Assembly (NCBI GenBank): GCA_009914755.4
Contig: CP068257.2
Location: forward strand, 26,208,001-26,272,000
Direction: 5' to 3'
Source of the DNA: the human T2T-CHM13v2.0 reference genome, Homo sapiens
DNA length: 64,000 bases
Part shown: positions 1 to 13,582 of the stretch, one piece after another
Position numbering within the stretch: position 1 is the stretch's first letter
Layout of the letters: every line of letters begins with the position of its first letter
Program-made: the position numbers and the translations under genes
The notes under the pieces: model-generated
Told to the model about the DNA's origin: nothing
The model's database searches: none
What the model saw: the letters and a program-made list of their open reading frames with translations, nothing else

Positions 1-354
1 TGGGGATTCCAGCATCCCCATCTCTTTGTAAAGTTATTTTGAGACAATCTCCATACCTCCGTCATTACTGAGCACATAGCAGTAACTACTTATTCACACT
101 GGCTTCGTGTTCTGTTTCATTTTCTCCACTTCCGTGCTTTCTCACTCAATTTCTGATTAAAGTATCTGACCCCAAATATTTGTTTCATAGTCTATTTTTG
201 AGGGAATCCAGAGCCAAGACAATAACAATGGGAGCTTTGCAATGAGGGAGGGTGGGTATAATCATCAGAAGGGTACCTACCTCACTGGGAACATGAAGGC
301 CAGGAGAGCTTACTGTTTCATTGAAAGAAACATGTTGAATCTCAGTTGAATACC

Positions 355-369
355 TATATATATATATAT
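355..369. repeat. (TA)n microsatellite, about 7-8 units
   Basis: Direct reading shows tatatatatatatat. Confidence 0.8.
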
Positions 370-766
370 GCAATAAGTCGTGCCCTTTACTTATATCAAA
401 GGAAAGTGCTCTTTACCTCTCTTTGTTGTTGTGTTTTTATCACTATTGCCTACACAAGCAGAATATCATACCCAGGATTTAAAGCCCTGTCTGCAGGATT
501 TTCAAGCTCATGTTTTTATCATAAGTCACTCTGCTTCCATGTGTTTTAAATCTAATCCTCATTCCTCTGCTTTTACACCAGAGAATTCATCACTGACTTA
601 TTTTTGACTGACCTCCTTATAGAGCTGTCAAGTACACAATTTCTGCTGTGACCTTTCTCTTAGAGTTCAGTCATATAGCCTCTCACTAGAGATCATCTCC
701 TCTTATCTTTCCTAATAATGAATTGTCAGTTAAAACTCAACATTTTTAAGATTGAGCTTACCATCT

Positions 767-781
767 GCACACACACACACC
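767..781. repeat. (CA)n microsatellite, about 7 units
   Basis: Direct reading shows cacacacacacacac. Confidence 0.8.
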
Positions 782-2477
782 ATTATTGGTGTATTCTCAT
801 AGCCTTGAAACACTAATGTCATGTTGATGTCTGCCTTTTCTTTCTCTGCTACCTCATCCCTCATCCTTAGATTATTCTAAAAGATTCAATTAGATCAAGT
901 TGGCTAATTATATTTTTCAGATCCTCTCTACCCTTACCAATTTTTTGTTTAACAAATTTTATAAATTTCTGGCAGGAGACTGTTGAAATCCCCATGGATG
1001 ACTGTGGTTTTACTATTTTACCTTTCAGTTTTAATAGGTTTTATATTATGTATGTTGAAGTAATGCTACTGTGTGCATACATATTTATTATTTACATGTC
1101 TTCTTGTTGTATTTTCCCCTTTGTCATTATGAAATGTTATTCTTCATCCCCAGTGATATTTCCTGTTCTGATGTCTACTTTGCTCATCACAGTTTTAGTG
1201 GGTTTTGGTTTGTTTGTTTTTCTTTTTTTGGGTTCAAGTAAGTTTCTTATAAAGAGCATACAGTTGAGTCTGGGTTTTTAATCCTGTCTTATGATCTCTG
1301 CCTTTTAATAAGAATATTTTGTCAATTTACATTTAATGCAATTATCACTATGATTGAGTGTATAACTACTCTCTTGCTATATGTTTTCTAAATGTCTCAT
1401 CATTTTTGTTCATTTTCCCCCTTTTTCTGCCTTCTTTTGAATTGAGAATTTAGTTTTTAAGATCCGCTTTTATCTCCACTATTAATTTTTAACCATTCAT
1501 TTTTATTTTAATTTTAATGATTGATATAGGGCTCATAAAATAGACAGTTCTTGTTTTCCTTAGTTTTGATATGCAAAGGCTTTAGTTATCATGCTTTAGT
1601 TACATAGCACAAGCCCCAAAACAAAACAGTTTAGGTACAGCAGTGTATTAATTGGGACTAACGGCTTGAAGTACAAATTTTTTCTGTGAACTCTTCAGTC
1701 CATAAAACTATTAGGTAAATATCAGATTTGCATCAAGATCCATGGTTAGTCATGTCACTTTTCTCAATATCTATCAATAATCAATTATTATGTACCTGTT
1801 TTGTATTCATACAGAGACAGGAAAGCATACAGTAGTGTTGCTTCTTTGTCTTTCAGTGATAAAGGCATGACATTATACAAAAATTGATAAATGACAGAAA
1901 ATCAGCCAACGAAAATGAAAGTGTGGCAAATAAATGAAAGTGTCAACACCGAAAGTGAAATTCAAATTGGATCTTGATGGATTTATAGAAGCAATAGTTA
2001 ATTGCGAGAATGCTGACACAACTACCATCCAAGAGATTTCATATGTGCAGTCATGGGAACTTATGGAAGACATATTTACAACTTAAATGAAGAAGCTGAT
2101 TGCAGGGAAAAGATGAAAGTTTTCCCAGAAGATGTGATGCTGAGGAAAAAAATTACATTGAAGAAACTCTCCAAGATGTTTAAAGACAATGAACGCACAA
2201 ACAATAAAATGTTGGACAAATAATCAAAGTTATAAAGAAGAATGGCAATTCACTAAAGCATAAAAAATATTGAGAGTCACATGATGAGAAGTTGTGCAAA
2301 TACTGTACAAACTACTCTGAATACATTTCAAAGAAATATATAAAACATGTATTTTAATTATCAATGTTTTAAATTATAGTGTACTATATAGATACTAGTT
2401 TCAGGGTTGTTTTTTGGTTTTTACTTTTCTATACATATATAACAGTAAGACATTTTTAATATTTTGACAAAGGTGTT

Positions 2478-2780
<303 letters not shown>

Positions 2781-3019
2781 ACAAGTGTTTTTAATGATTG
2801 CAGGAAGAAGTTTATGTTTTCCCATTAATTATTAAGATAACTTTGCCCAGTTTCAACTTGCACAGTGGTTACTAAGGCCCCACACTGATGTGCATAAAGA
2901 GTACCATCTGTACTTTTTTTTTAACTTAAAACACACAACCTTCAAATAATATTTATAATACCTGCTATATAGTTTTAAAATATTGCAATTCTGAAGCCAG
3001 CATTACCATGATACCAAAA

Positions 3020-4225
3020 CCTGGCAACCTATAATCCTGAAATGTAAGACCTCAAACTATAAGAATGCTAGAAGTAATCCTAGGAAACACCATTCTGAAA
3101 ATCAGCCTTGGGCAAGAATTTATGACTAAGTCCTCAAAAGCAATTTCAACAAAACAAAAATTGACAAGTGGGACCTAATTAAACTAAAGAGCTTCTGCAC
3201 AGTAAAAGAAACTATCAACAGAGCAAGCAAACACCCCACAGCATGGGCGAAAATATTCACAAACAATATGTTCAAGAAAAGTCTCATATCTGGAATCTAT
3301 AAGGAACTTAAACAATTAAACAAGCAAAAAATGAATAACTTAATTTTAATAATGAGCAAAACCATGAACAGATACTTCTCAAAAGAAGACATACAAGTGG
3401 CTAACAAACATGAAAAAAAATGCTCGTAATCACTGATCTCAGAGAAATGTAAATCAAAACCAAAATGAGATATCGTCTCACACTAGCCAGAGTGGCTATT
3501 ATTAAAGAACTCCAAAAATGTTTAGTAATATCTTTTATTGAAAAGTTCCTGCCAAGGCTATAGAAAAAGGGGAATGTTTATACACTGTTGGTGGGAATGT
3601 AAGTTAGTTCAGCCACTGAGGAAAGTAGTTTGGAGATTTCTCAAAGAGCTTAAAACAGAACTACCATTTGACTTAATAATCCCATTTCTGGTTATATATC
3701 CATAAGAAAATAAACTATTCTACCAAAAAGACACATAGACTTGTATGTTCATTGTAGCACTGTTCCCAATAGCAAAGATATGGAATCAACCTAAGTGCCC
3801 ATCAGCAGCAGATTGGATAAAGAGAATATGGTACATATACACTATGGAATACTACACAGCCATAATAAAGAACAAAACCGTCTATTTGCAGCAACATGGA
3901 TGCAACTTGCAGCCATTATCTTAAGCGAATTAATGCAGAAACAGAAAATCAAATACCACACGTTCTCACGTATAAATGGGAGTTAAACACAGGGTACTCA
4001 TGGACATAAAAAGGGCAACAATAGAAACTGGACACTGCTAGAGGGAGAGGAAGGGAGGGAGGGAGACCGGGGTTGAAAAACTATCTGTTGGGTACTATGC
4101 TCAGTACCTGGGAGATGGGCTCAACCGTACCACCAACCTCAGCATCACACAATATATCCATGTAACAAACCTGTACATGTATTCCATAAATTTAAAATAA
4201 ATGTTCAAATAAAAAAACAAATATT
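3020..4225 (+). mobile_element. L1 3' end fragment (ORF2 C-terminal region plus 3' UTR), older primate subfamily (L1PA/L1PB-like)
   Basis: The sense strand contains the L1 ORF2 motifs aaattgacaagtgggacctaattaaactaaagagcttctgcacag ... atgaaaaaaaatgctcgtaatcactgatctcagagaaatgtaaatcaaaaccaaaatgagatatcgtctcacac ... ctgttggtgggaatgtaagttagttcagccactg. The ORF 3795-3986 (WMQLAAIILSELMQKQKIKYHTFSRINGS) matches the ORF2p C-terminus. It ends in an A-rich tail (aaataaaaaaacaaat). Confidence 0.85.
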
Positions 4226-4275
4226 ATAACTGTCTATCCATTTTCTCTCTACAGTTCTTTGCCCTACTGTCATAG

Positions 4276-4708
<433 letters not shown>

Positions 4709-4751
4709 CTATGTATTATTTCTAACATGAGTCATCTCTTTTTAAAAATGT

Positions 4752-4795
4752 AAATTATCCCAGCACCATTTATTAAATAGGAATCCTTTCCCCCA
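4752..4795 (-). mobile_element. Short inverted L1 ORF2 fragment
   Basis: The run cccagcaccatttattaaataggaatcctttcccc matches the reverse complement of the L1 ORF2 segment ggggaaaggattccctatttaataaatggtgctggg. It sits only about 8 bp upstream of a plus-oriented L1 3' end. Confidence 0.6.
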
Positions 4796-4803
4796 TATCC
4801 AAG

Positions 4804-5205
4804 GATGATAGACTGGATTAAGAAAATGTGGCACATATACACCATGGAATACTATGCAGCCATAAAAAATGATGAGTTCATGTCCTTTATAGGGACATGG
4901 ATGAAGCTGGAAACCATCATTCTCAGCAAACTATCGCATGGACAAAAAACCAAACACCGCATGTTCTCACTCATAGGTGGGAACTGAACAATGAGAACAC
5001 ATGGACACAGGAAGGGGAACATCACACACTGGGGCCTGTTGTGGGGTGGGGGCAGGGGGGAGGGATAGCATTAGGAGATATACCTAATGTTAAATGACAA
5101 GTTAATGGGTGCAGCACACCAACATGGCACATGTATACATGTGTAACAAACCTGCACGTTGTGCACATGTACCCTAAAACTTAAAGTATAATAATAAAGA
5201 AAGTA
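4804..5205 (+). mobile_element. L1 3' end, relatively young primate subfamily (L1PA-like), 5'-truncated, about 400 bp
   Basis: It is nearly identical to the L1PA 3' end: atagactggattaagaaaatgtggcacatatacaccatggaatactatgcagccataaaaaatgatgagttcatgtcctttatagggacatggatgaagctggaaaccatcattctcagcaaactatcgcatggacaaaaaaccaaacaccgcatgttctcactcataggtgggaactgaacaatgagaacacatggacacaggaaggggaacatcacacactggggcctgttgtggggtgggggcagggggagggatagc ... The ORF 4805-4987 (MIDWIKKMWHIYTMEYYAAIKNDEFMSFIGTWMKLETIILSKLSHGQKTKHRMFSLIGGN) is the ORF2p C-terminus. The 3' UTR variant positions taaatgacaagttaatggg ... acgttgtgcacatg indicate a pre-L1HS subfamily. Confidence 0.9.
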
Positions 5206-8200
5206 AATTATCATCCTGTTACTTTCTTTTTGTCTACCATTTCTTTCAGTCCCAGTATGCTGTTGATAAAATCTATCAGCTACTTATTGTCAAAATAGCT
5301 TTATTTGCTTTCATTTTTGTAAATTTCTTGATTTTTTTAGAATTTTCACTTGAATGAATTTCCAGGTTGACTTGTTTCTCTTGCTTTAAGTAATAGAATG
5401 TTGCGCTATGGTCTTCTGATATACATGCTTATCATAAAAAGTAGTTATTACATTGGTTCCATTGTCAATAATACATCTCTTTTTCTCCAACTGCTTTTAA
5501 GTTTTCTTTTTAAAAATAGCTTTCTTCAACTTAATCCTTTTATTCATTTTGATTTGAGTTCACTGCACTTCTGTTACCTGTTGGTTTATAGTTTTACCAA
5601 GTTTTAAAAATATCTCAACCACTACCTTTATAAATAGTTTTTGCCCTCCCCCCATTTCCTGGGGTTTCAATTATGTGTGTTGTTAAGCTGCTTAATATTT
5701 TCTAATTCCATAATTTCTGTCTTTTCTTGGTCTGTTTCTATTAACTTTTTGTCTTGTTTTGGATCTTTTTTTGTTTATATGCATTTCTGTTTTTTTTTTT
5801 TAATGTCTAAGGGAAATTCTGAATTGTACGTTGTTAGGATCTGGATTTTGTTTTATTTCTTTAAAGAGAGATGAACTCTGTTTTCAAATGCAGTTAAGTT
5901 ATCTGAGATCAATGGTGATATTTTTTGCTTTTAAATGTGATTATAATGGCTTCAGAGCCTTGACTCTAGAGCTGATTCACCCCCCTACTAAGGTGTGATT
6001 ATTCTGAGAACTCTATCGGATATTATAAGTTTCTCACTCTGGCTGGAGCACATACGGGTTCTTCTAAGGCCCACATGACCTCCAGGAATTTCTCTGGCCC
6101 ACTGCTAATGAAGACTCATTTTTCTATCTCATGGAGTTTTCCTTTATGTAGGCACAGTTCAGTTCTCACTCAAGGACTCCAGAGAACCTCTATGTAAATC
6201 TCCACAGTTCTCTCTCTGTGCAGCCCTCTTCTCTCTGTCAGTCTGCCTTGATGATTCTAGTCACCTTGGCCTCCATAAACTTTGATATCTTGCTCTTAAA
6301 TTCAGCAAATCATGATATTCTCTCTCAGATTGTCTCATACCATGCTGGAGGCTGGAAATCACTTTCAGTAAGTATGCTGGCACAATAAAGGGTATATATT
6401 GTTTTCTTTCTCTCAGAAATCACAGTTTTGTGCTGCCTATTTTTTTCATGCAATAAAAACAGTTTATATACTTGTTCTGGATTTCTAAACGTTTACAAAA
6501 GTTGCATAATTCTGGTAGTCATTAATTCTTCATCAGCAACAGTTGAATTCTCAGAGACTTGTTTAACTGCCCAGATGACAATTATCCTATTGCTTTATTC
6601 TTCAAATCAAGTAAGTGAATCAAAGTCAGTCTTAGTGATGATCAGTATCTCTATATTTTTGTCTAAAAAACAGAATGCTATTTTAATCTATAGATTCAAG
6701 TGTCATTTTATCTCTTTGAAGTTTTCAACAAGTAATGTTTCCGGTATTAACGTTCTTTCTTATTCTTCAAAACATCAAGTAGGCAGAGGTTGAGTCTCCA
6801 TTGTCACGCATCTATATTTACCAACGCCGTATTAAGGATTTTTATTATGCCTTTGTCTTTTCATATAATTTACTTTTGTGTGGTTTCTACTAGATATTCA
6901 CTATTTTTCTGGATGTAATTGCTGATGTATAGTGCCTATGTATTTCTTTCTTACATAATTCCTTAGTTGTTCACTTCAATTTCTAAATTGAGATTAACTT
7001 CAATTTGTCCTCTGATTACTTTGGTAATTCTACTTGTGATGCAGTTTTAGCAACTGTATCTTGTTTATGCTTTGTGTTCATTTTCATATTTAGAAAATAG
7101 AACACCAGGCATATATATTTTACTGATTTTTTTCTCTCTGCATTCCTTGTAGAACAGATCCAGGTATTAGCTAAGGGATCCTCTGGGGCAGGAGTGGTGT
7201 GGCATTGCAGTTTGTATCTTTTTTTAAATCCATGATTTTGTAATGGAATACCGTCACACTAATTTTCTTACTCCCTAAGTACTGGGTAATTGTTTCTCCT
7301 CCTATTAGCATTCACTTTTCTAAAGGTAATGTGGCTCGGATTTAGATTCCTAGGTTTCTAAATCTACATTTCTAATCTCTATATTATCACATGCTGGTTA
7401 ATGCTTTTCTCTTTTGCTCCTCTCCACTTCTGTGAGCTTCATTCTGTTTGGAACTCAGAGTATATGAAATGAATAGAGTACATCAGCCTGAATTCTCTTA
7501 CAACTTCAAATTCTTTCCATTTTATGGATAGACAACACTGAGTTACTCTATAGTGACTTTCCTACTTTTATTAATATCATGGTCACATTATTCCATAAAA
7601 TCTTACCATTTTAAGAAAAATAGTTTTTGAATTACATCTCCCAGAGTAGCAGCAATGATATCTAGAAAAAGTGATCATCCTGAACATGTACTGATTATAC
7701 ATGTAAAAGCACTCACTCTGATCACTCCTTGTTTTAGTTGAAATATAACAGTGTTTGGCAGGTTTGCTTCTCCGTTTATGGTTTCAGGCTATAGTTGTTT
7801 CTCTGAAGATGCTTATCTTCTTATTTTTTCTTGTTTTCTTTTTGTTCTCAATGAAATGAATTTTAATAGAAGAATGAAATGTAAAATATTCAAATTCAGT
7901 GTCTTATAGTGTCTATAGTTTTGGGCACTTATTTTAAAACTGAATAATAATTTTCAATGCATATGACTCATTCTCTACCCTCCTTTCTTCCATTCTTCTG
8001 AATGTGTGACAAACAAGTATAGATGCTCTGAATGGTAATAAATTAAAAAATCATTTCATGATGGTCCTATTCCTGTAATTCTATTTTCCAATTGACCTCC
8101 ATTTCCTATCCTAACTGCATAAAAGTGAAATAAATCAGTAACTATATAATTTTAAAAATAAGTGGTCTGAATGATTTTGCTGGGATAAGTAATAAAAAAT

Positions 8201-8439
8201 GTTGAAATCTTTGAAGTTTTCAATTTGCTTAAAAAGAAAAAAGTTTCAGGCTTTGGCAAAGCAAACATGCATTTTGCTAAGTAATATTCCCCCTTAATTT
8301 TGAGATTTATTTTGGCTTCATACATTTCTTTCTTATATGAATACCATTAAAGTAAAAGTTATTTCAGAGTTATCAGGTTGAAGACTTTTATAGATGTATG
8401 TGCATGCATATTTATTCTTTCCTAAAAATACAGTTGTTT

Positions 8440-8822
8440 TAGTTTGGGCTGCCAGAGCAAAGTACCATAGACTAGGCACTTTGTAAACTGGATGGGTTTA
8501 TAAACAACAGAAATTTATTTCTCACAGATCTTGAGTTCAGAAATATGAGATTAGAGTGCCAGCATGGATGGATTCTTGTGAGGACCCTCTTCTGACTTGC
8601 AGACTGCCGTCTTTTCTTTATATCCTCACATGATAGAAAAAGAGCAAGAGAGTTCTCTGGGGTCTTTTTTATAAGGGTGCTAATCTCATTCACATGGGCT
8701 CCAGTCTCATGACGTAATTAGCTCCCAAAGACCCCACCTCCTAGTACCATACATTATGGGTTAGGATTTTGACATATGAATTTGGGTGGGGGAGAACAAC
8801 AACCATTTTGTCCATTGCAATA
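8440..8822 (+). mobile_element. ERVL-MaLR LTR fragment (MLT1-like)
   Basis: The motifs atttatttctcacag ... ctcacatgatagaaaaagagcaagagagttctctggggtcttttttataagggtgctaatctcattcacatgggctccagtctcatgacgtaattagctcccaaagaccccacctcctagtaccatacattatgggttaggattttgacatatgaatttgggtggggg correspond to the MLT1 consensus (ttatttctcacagttctgg ... tcctcacatggtggaagg ... tcttttataagggcactaatcccattcatgaggg ... cccaaaggccccacctcctaataccatcacattgggggttaggatttcaacatatgaattttggggg). The subfamily is not determinable by eye. Confidence 0.55.
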
Positions 8823-8940
8823 GTGAAGGTGAAGGAGATATAAAATGAAATAAGTAAATCTTCCATAAATCTTTCATAAATTATAGTATAAGAAAATATC
8901 ATGAATGGTTCAAATTTGTGATTTTTATCACTACAAAAGA

Positions 8941-9298
8941 GATTATGGGACTGTGATATGATCTGGCTATGTCCCCACCCACATCTCACCTTGAATTGTA
9001 ATAATCCCAAAATGTCAAGGGTGGGGCCAGGTGGAGATAACTGAATCATGGGGGCGGTCTCCCCCATCCTGTTCTCATGGTAATGAATAAGTCTCTGTTG
9101 GTTTCATAAATGGGAGTTCCCCTGCACAAGCTCTTTTTCCTGCTGCCATGTAAGACATGCCTTTGCTCCTCCTTTGCGTTCTGCCATGATTGTGAGGCCT
9201 CCCCAGCCATGTGAAACTGTGAGTCCATTAAATCACTTGTTCTTTATAAATTACCCAGTCAAGTATGTCTTTATTTGCATGAAAACAGACTAATAACA
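8941..9298 (+). mobile_element. ERVL-MaLR LTR (MST/THE1-like), solo or 3' LTR
   Basis: The sequence reads tgatatgatctggctatgtccccacccacatctcaccttgaattgtaata ... ggtggagataactgaatcatgggggcggtctcccccatcctgttctcatggtaatgaataagtctc ... gggagttcccctgcacaagctc ... gccatgattgtgaggcctccccagccatgtgaaactgtgagtccattaaatcac ... ctttataaattacccagtc ... agactaataaca. This is collinear with the THE1/MST LTR consensus from its TGATATGG... start to its ...GACTAATACA end. Confidence 0.85.
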
Positions 9299-9530
9299 GA
9301 CTGATTCATCTGACTCAGAAATATTTGAATAGGACATCTAAAAAGGGCCTTGCAAGGTATGTTTTATGTGTATTGATGAAGATGGATGGAGTTTTCATGA
9401 AAGTTACACGCAAATGCACAGACCAGCCAAGGTGAATAATGAAAGAAATAAAAATTAGCAGAGATGGACAGAATAGAAACCAAACACGACTCATTTATTT
9501 ACTTCTCTTTAAAGTGCCAAAGCACATACT

Positions 9531-9906
9531 TAATTTTTTTTTTTTTTTTTGAACTGGAGTCTCACTCTGTCACCCAGGCTGCAGTGCAGTGGCGCAGTCT
9601 AGGCTCACTGCAACCTCCACCTCCCCGGTTCAAGAAATTCTCCTGCCTCAGCCTCCCAAGTAGCTGGGATTCAAGCAATTCTCCTGCCTCAGCCTCCCAA
9701 GTAGCTGGGATTCAAGCAATTCTCCTGCCAAAGCCTCCCAAGTAGCTGGCACCAGCCACCACACCTGGTTAAATTTTTTTGTATTTTTAGTAAAGACGGG
9801 GTTTTACCATATTGGCCATGCTGGTCTTGAACTCCTGACCTTGTGATCTGCCTGCCTTGGCCTCCCGAAGTGTTGGGATTACAGGCATGAGCCACCATGC
9901 CCAACC
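9531..9906 (-). mobile_element. Alu SINE, antisense, with poly(T) tail, internal 41-bp tandem triplication and TSD
   Basis: A 20-nt poly(T) is followed by gaactggagtctcactctgtcacccaggctgcagtgcagtggcgc ... ggcctcccgaagtgttgggattacaggcatgagccaccatgcccaacc. Flanking repeats acatacttaatt (9519-9530) and acataattaatt (9907-9918) are consistent with a TSD. Confidence 0.88.
9637..9750. repeat. 41-bp unit repeated about 2.8 times inside the Alu at 9531-9906
   Basis: The unit attctcctgcctcagcctcccaagtagctgggattcaagca occurs perfectly twice (9637-9677 and 9678-9718), followed by a degraded third copy. It derives from the Alu right-arm segment cctcagcctcccgagtagctgggattacagg. Confidence 0.85.
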
Positions 9907-10899
9907 ACATAATTAATTTTTATCACAGATTTCACAGATTTTAAACTCCTCAAGTTACATTTCTCAAGTAGTAAAATCACTTATTTCTGAGTGCATTTAA
10001 GATGGACCTTGAGTTTATTTAAAATGCAGATTCCCAGGTCCTGTTCTATGCCTGTTAAATCAGAATCTCTGGACTTGGAACTAACTGACAAGTTTGCACT
10101 TTAAGCAAAAATCCTGGTGAATTCTACCGACTAAGGTTTTAAAGCAATTCATCTGACATGTGGAGTACAATCTCTTTAGTTATCTTTAGTGAATATCCTG
10201 CATAATATTCACAAAGATTGTAAGTAAATAGTTAAATGTATCAATGTTAAGACTTCAACAATTTAAGAAATGTTCCCAAATGCAGCTGGTTTTCTTACAA
10301 ACTGGGAGGTATAGTTGAGTGTATGAATTGGAAAATGAGGACTAAAACTCTCTTTAAGGATAATACCAAAGGTAATTTTCCTAATCCATACTTTTTAAAA
10401 TATTGCATTGGCTTTGGTCTTCTTGTTGAACGGTTAATAATTTGACCGATAAATCTATAAATTCTTGTTAAGAGCTTACTATAATCTTAGCTACATAAAG
10501 GTGATACAAAAGGAAGGGAACTATATAGTGCATGAAATTTGACCTAAGAGTTATGAAGAGTTTGAGAAAACAAGAGAAAATATGAAAGATTATCATAGAA
10601 CAGAAGGTAATTGCATGGTATTAATTTTAAATGCTGCCACTATTCACAGGCTAAGGAAGAACAAAGAAGGTTTTTGTTGTAAAGTCAGGTTTCAGGAAGT
10701 GATTTGGCTAAGATCTGGACCTAAAAGCTGGGTAATATCACTTACAGAAAATATCATTACTGAAAATACCGAAACAGTCACTACCCACAATTTAGAAGAA
10801 AAAAACCTAAAGTTATCTTTGTCCCATAATAATCAAGCAGTTGTCATTTAGCTCCTTTCAAGGTAACAAGGGATTTCATAGAATATTATACTTCAATAG

Positions 10900-11160
<261 letters not shown>

Positions 11161-12232
11161 TAGATGATGCTTGGTATTGTTCCCATTTATTTTTAAAACT
11201 TGATATTTCTTCAGAGAATAAACTTTGACTGTTATATGATGACAACATGTCGGGTATCATCAATTTGGATTTTGTTAGATTCATTTTTTTTTTAGAATCC
11301 CAAGATAAATTGCTCAGTTTTTATGCTTAGTTTAAATTTGAGAGCCTTAATATAAACTTGTACAATTTTGTTGTCACTGTATGTTTTGTTATTATTTGGG
11401 AGGTGAGGAGAGTTCATTTGCAGTACAATTTTAGCATATTTTATAATATAGTCAGTCAAAAAAAAAAGCTTCACATGTATATATTTCTTCTTTATTTTAG
11501 ACTGTAGGTTATGTATTTTAAAACCAATGGTTAGATGTCCCGTTATACAGATTTACTTCTTCCTATTTGGTGATTTTTTGATGCATTAAAAAGAGAAAAT
11601 TGTATAAACTTAATGACTATTGACAAGTATTCAGAGAGATAATAAAGATCTATAATTAGCACAATGGAAGGACCTCCAAATCCACACTCTTTTGACGTTT
11701 TCTCACCTAAAAAGTATTTATTGCAGTTTTACTGGTCGATTGGTTGTCATTTTTCTTTCAGTTGTGTTTCTATGCAGAAATTGCATGGAACTGAACAGGA
11801 ATTGCATTAGAATTGAGATTGCTTCCGATATTATTCACTAATGGGCAAATCCATTACTTTAGGTCCATTTCATATACAAGGAAATGCAGTTATTCCAAGG
11901 ACAATTCAGGTAAATAACTACCGCAGCATGGACCCAAGGGTAGCAGTAGAAAGTGGTGCTGCTCTAAGTTTCTCCTCTAGTGGATGCCAAAAGAAAACAT
12001 TCTTATCACTGTGTACATGCTAGGCATAATTGTTTTGGTATGTGTTCAGCACAGGCTTTGGCAAAAGTCTTTCTATGTAAATCCAAACAGTAACTGTTGA
12101 ATTACTCATTTAAACTTACGTGTTTCACAGCACAAGTTGTTAGTGAAAGGTTTCAACTTCTTATTTTAGACATTAAACAGATACCTCAAATGTTTGGGAA
12201 TTCTTCGTTTACATCTCAGCAATGGAAATATT

Positions 12233-12236
<4 letters not shown>

Positions 12237-12267
<31 letters not shown>

Positions 12268-12275
12268 CTAGCCAA
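12237..12275. repeat. Poly(T) mononucleotide run, about 39 nt
   Basis: Direct reading shows uninterrupted T's with no adjacent Alu or L1 body. It may be an orphan retroposon tail or an expanded T-tract. Confidence 0.8.
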
Positions 12276-13582
12276 GAGTCCCTGTACAGTGAGCAATCTT
12301 TTGGGGTCTTATCTTCTCAGCACTGAAGAATTTCTATGTGGACACTAAAGTAATATTAAAACCACTCACTCTCACTGGTAATTTACAAAATACAGTTTTA
12401 ATAAACAGCAATATCGACAACAACAATAGCAGTGATGAAACCTCTGAGGCAAGAGAGAATGTTAATTTTAGCAAAGAGTGTCTTGTCAACTGGACAAGCC
12501 TTACCAGTTCCTAGCCTCTAGTTTGTATACATTTATGCAATCATTTTGAATATCTACTCCCTGCATGCTGGTAAAAAAAATATGTGTCAGGACATTACAT
12601 GTGAAGGGATAATTCAACATTTAAGTTTTTAAGAGTATGTTTTTTTCAGATCTTGTTCCCCAAAGTTAAACATTGTGGTAGATTGAGACTTTCATTATTA
12701 AATATTCTTACAGAAAACAGGAAATCATAAGGTCTTATTTATAATCATTAAGAGAAACCTGAAGGCCAATTACTCATTGAGTGTCAGGCAACTCAATTAC
12801 ATTATTGTGTAGGACTTTGGTATGATAAAAGAATCCTCAGAACTATATTAAAAAATTGTGAGAAGGAGTTTACACAGGTCAGCCTATAAAACTACTGCAT
12901 AATTTCTATCTGTAAATTAAAATAGAAAAGAAAAAAGATTGAATTAAATATGATAATAGTAAATTTCATTTCTAAGTGTGCCAAACTAGCTGGCCTTTCC
13001 TATTCTTGAATAAAATTATTCTGGTTGCCATAATGCATCCCGAAGCTTACCTAGATGAGGAGAAATTCAAAGTATTCCAACGTCTGGCCTCATGAATAGA
13101 TCAAGCCTTGGGGGAAACCAGTGATCTCTTGGCAACAGGACCAGAAGGTACGTAATCTCTTGTTTTAATTATATTTCATCTGCTGAAAAATTGCTTATCT
13201 CTCTGAGATTTATCTTAGAGATGACTGAAAGTAATTTTGTGACCTTCACATTGTCCATATCTAAGTTAGATAATTGAAAATTTGGTGAGGATCCCAAAAC
13301 CTCAAGTATGTATGGAGATTAAGATTTCCAACTCTGAAGAAAAACTGTCAGGTTCAAATCTTGGTCCTGTTCACCTCTGATGACTAGCTCTGTGGTTACG
13401 AAACCCTCCTGCCTCCCTTTATCCATCTGAAAAAAAAAATTGGTATGACTACATGGTTTGGCAAGTGGGGGCTAACTGAGCTACTAGACAACTTACACCG
13501 TAAGTTGACACAAAGCACATGTACAATAAGCATAATTAATATTACATTATTTTATTTTGTATGAGGTGGCAACAAATAGTTA

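Noticed and set aside
1880-2400. Possible DNA-transposon (Tigger/mariner-like) internal fragment
   Set aside because: Phrases such as gaagaaactctccaagatgtttaaagacaatgaa and the surrounding K/E-rich frames reminded me of pogo/Tigger transposase remnants. I cannot align it to a consensus from memory and no terminal inverted repeats are visible, so it is left uncalled.
6290-6420. Intron-like donor (ttcagtaagtatg) and acceptor (ttttctttctctcag) pair
   Set aside because: These are isolated consensus-like motifs in AT-rich DNA without an intervening or flanking open frame. They are expected by chance.
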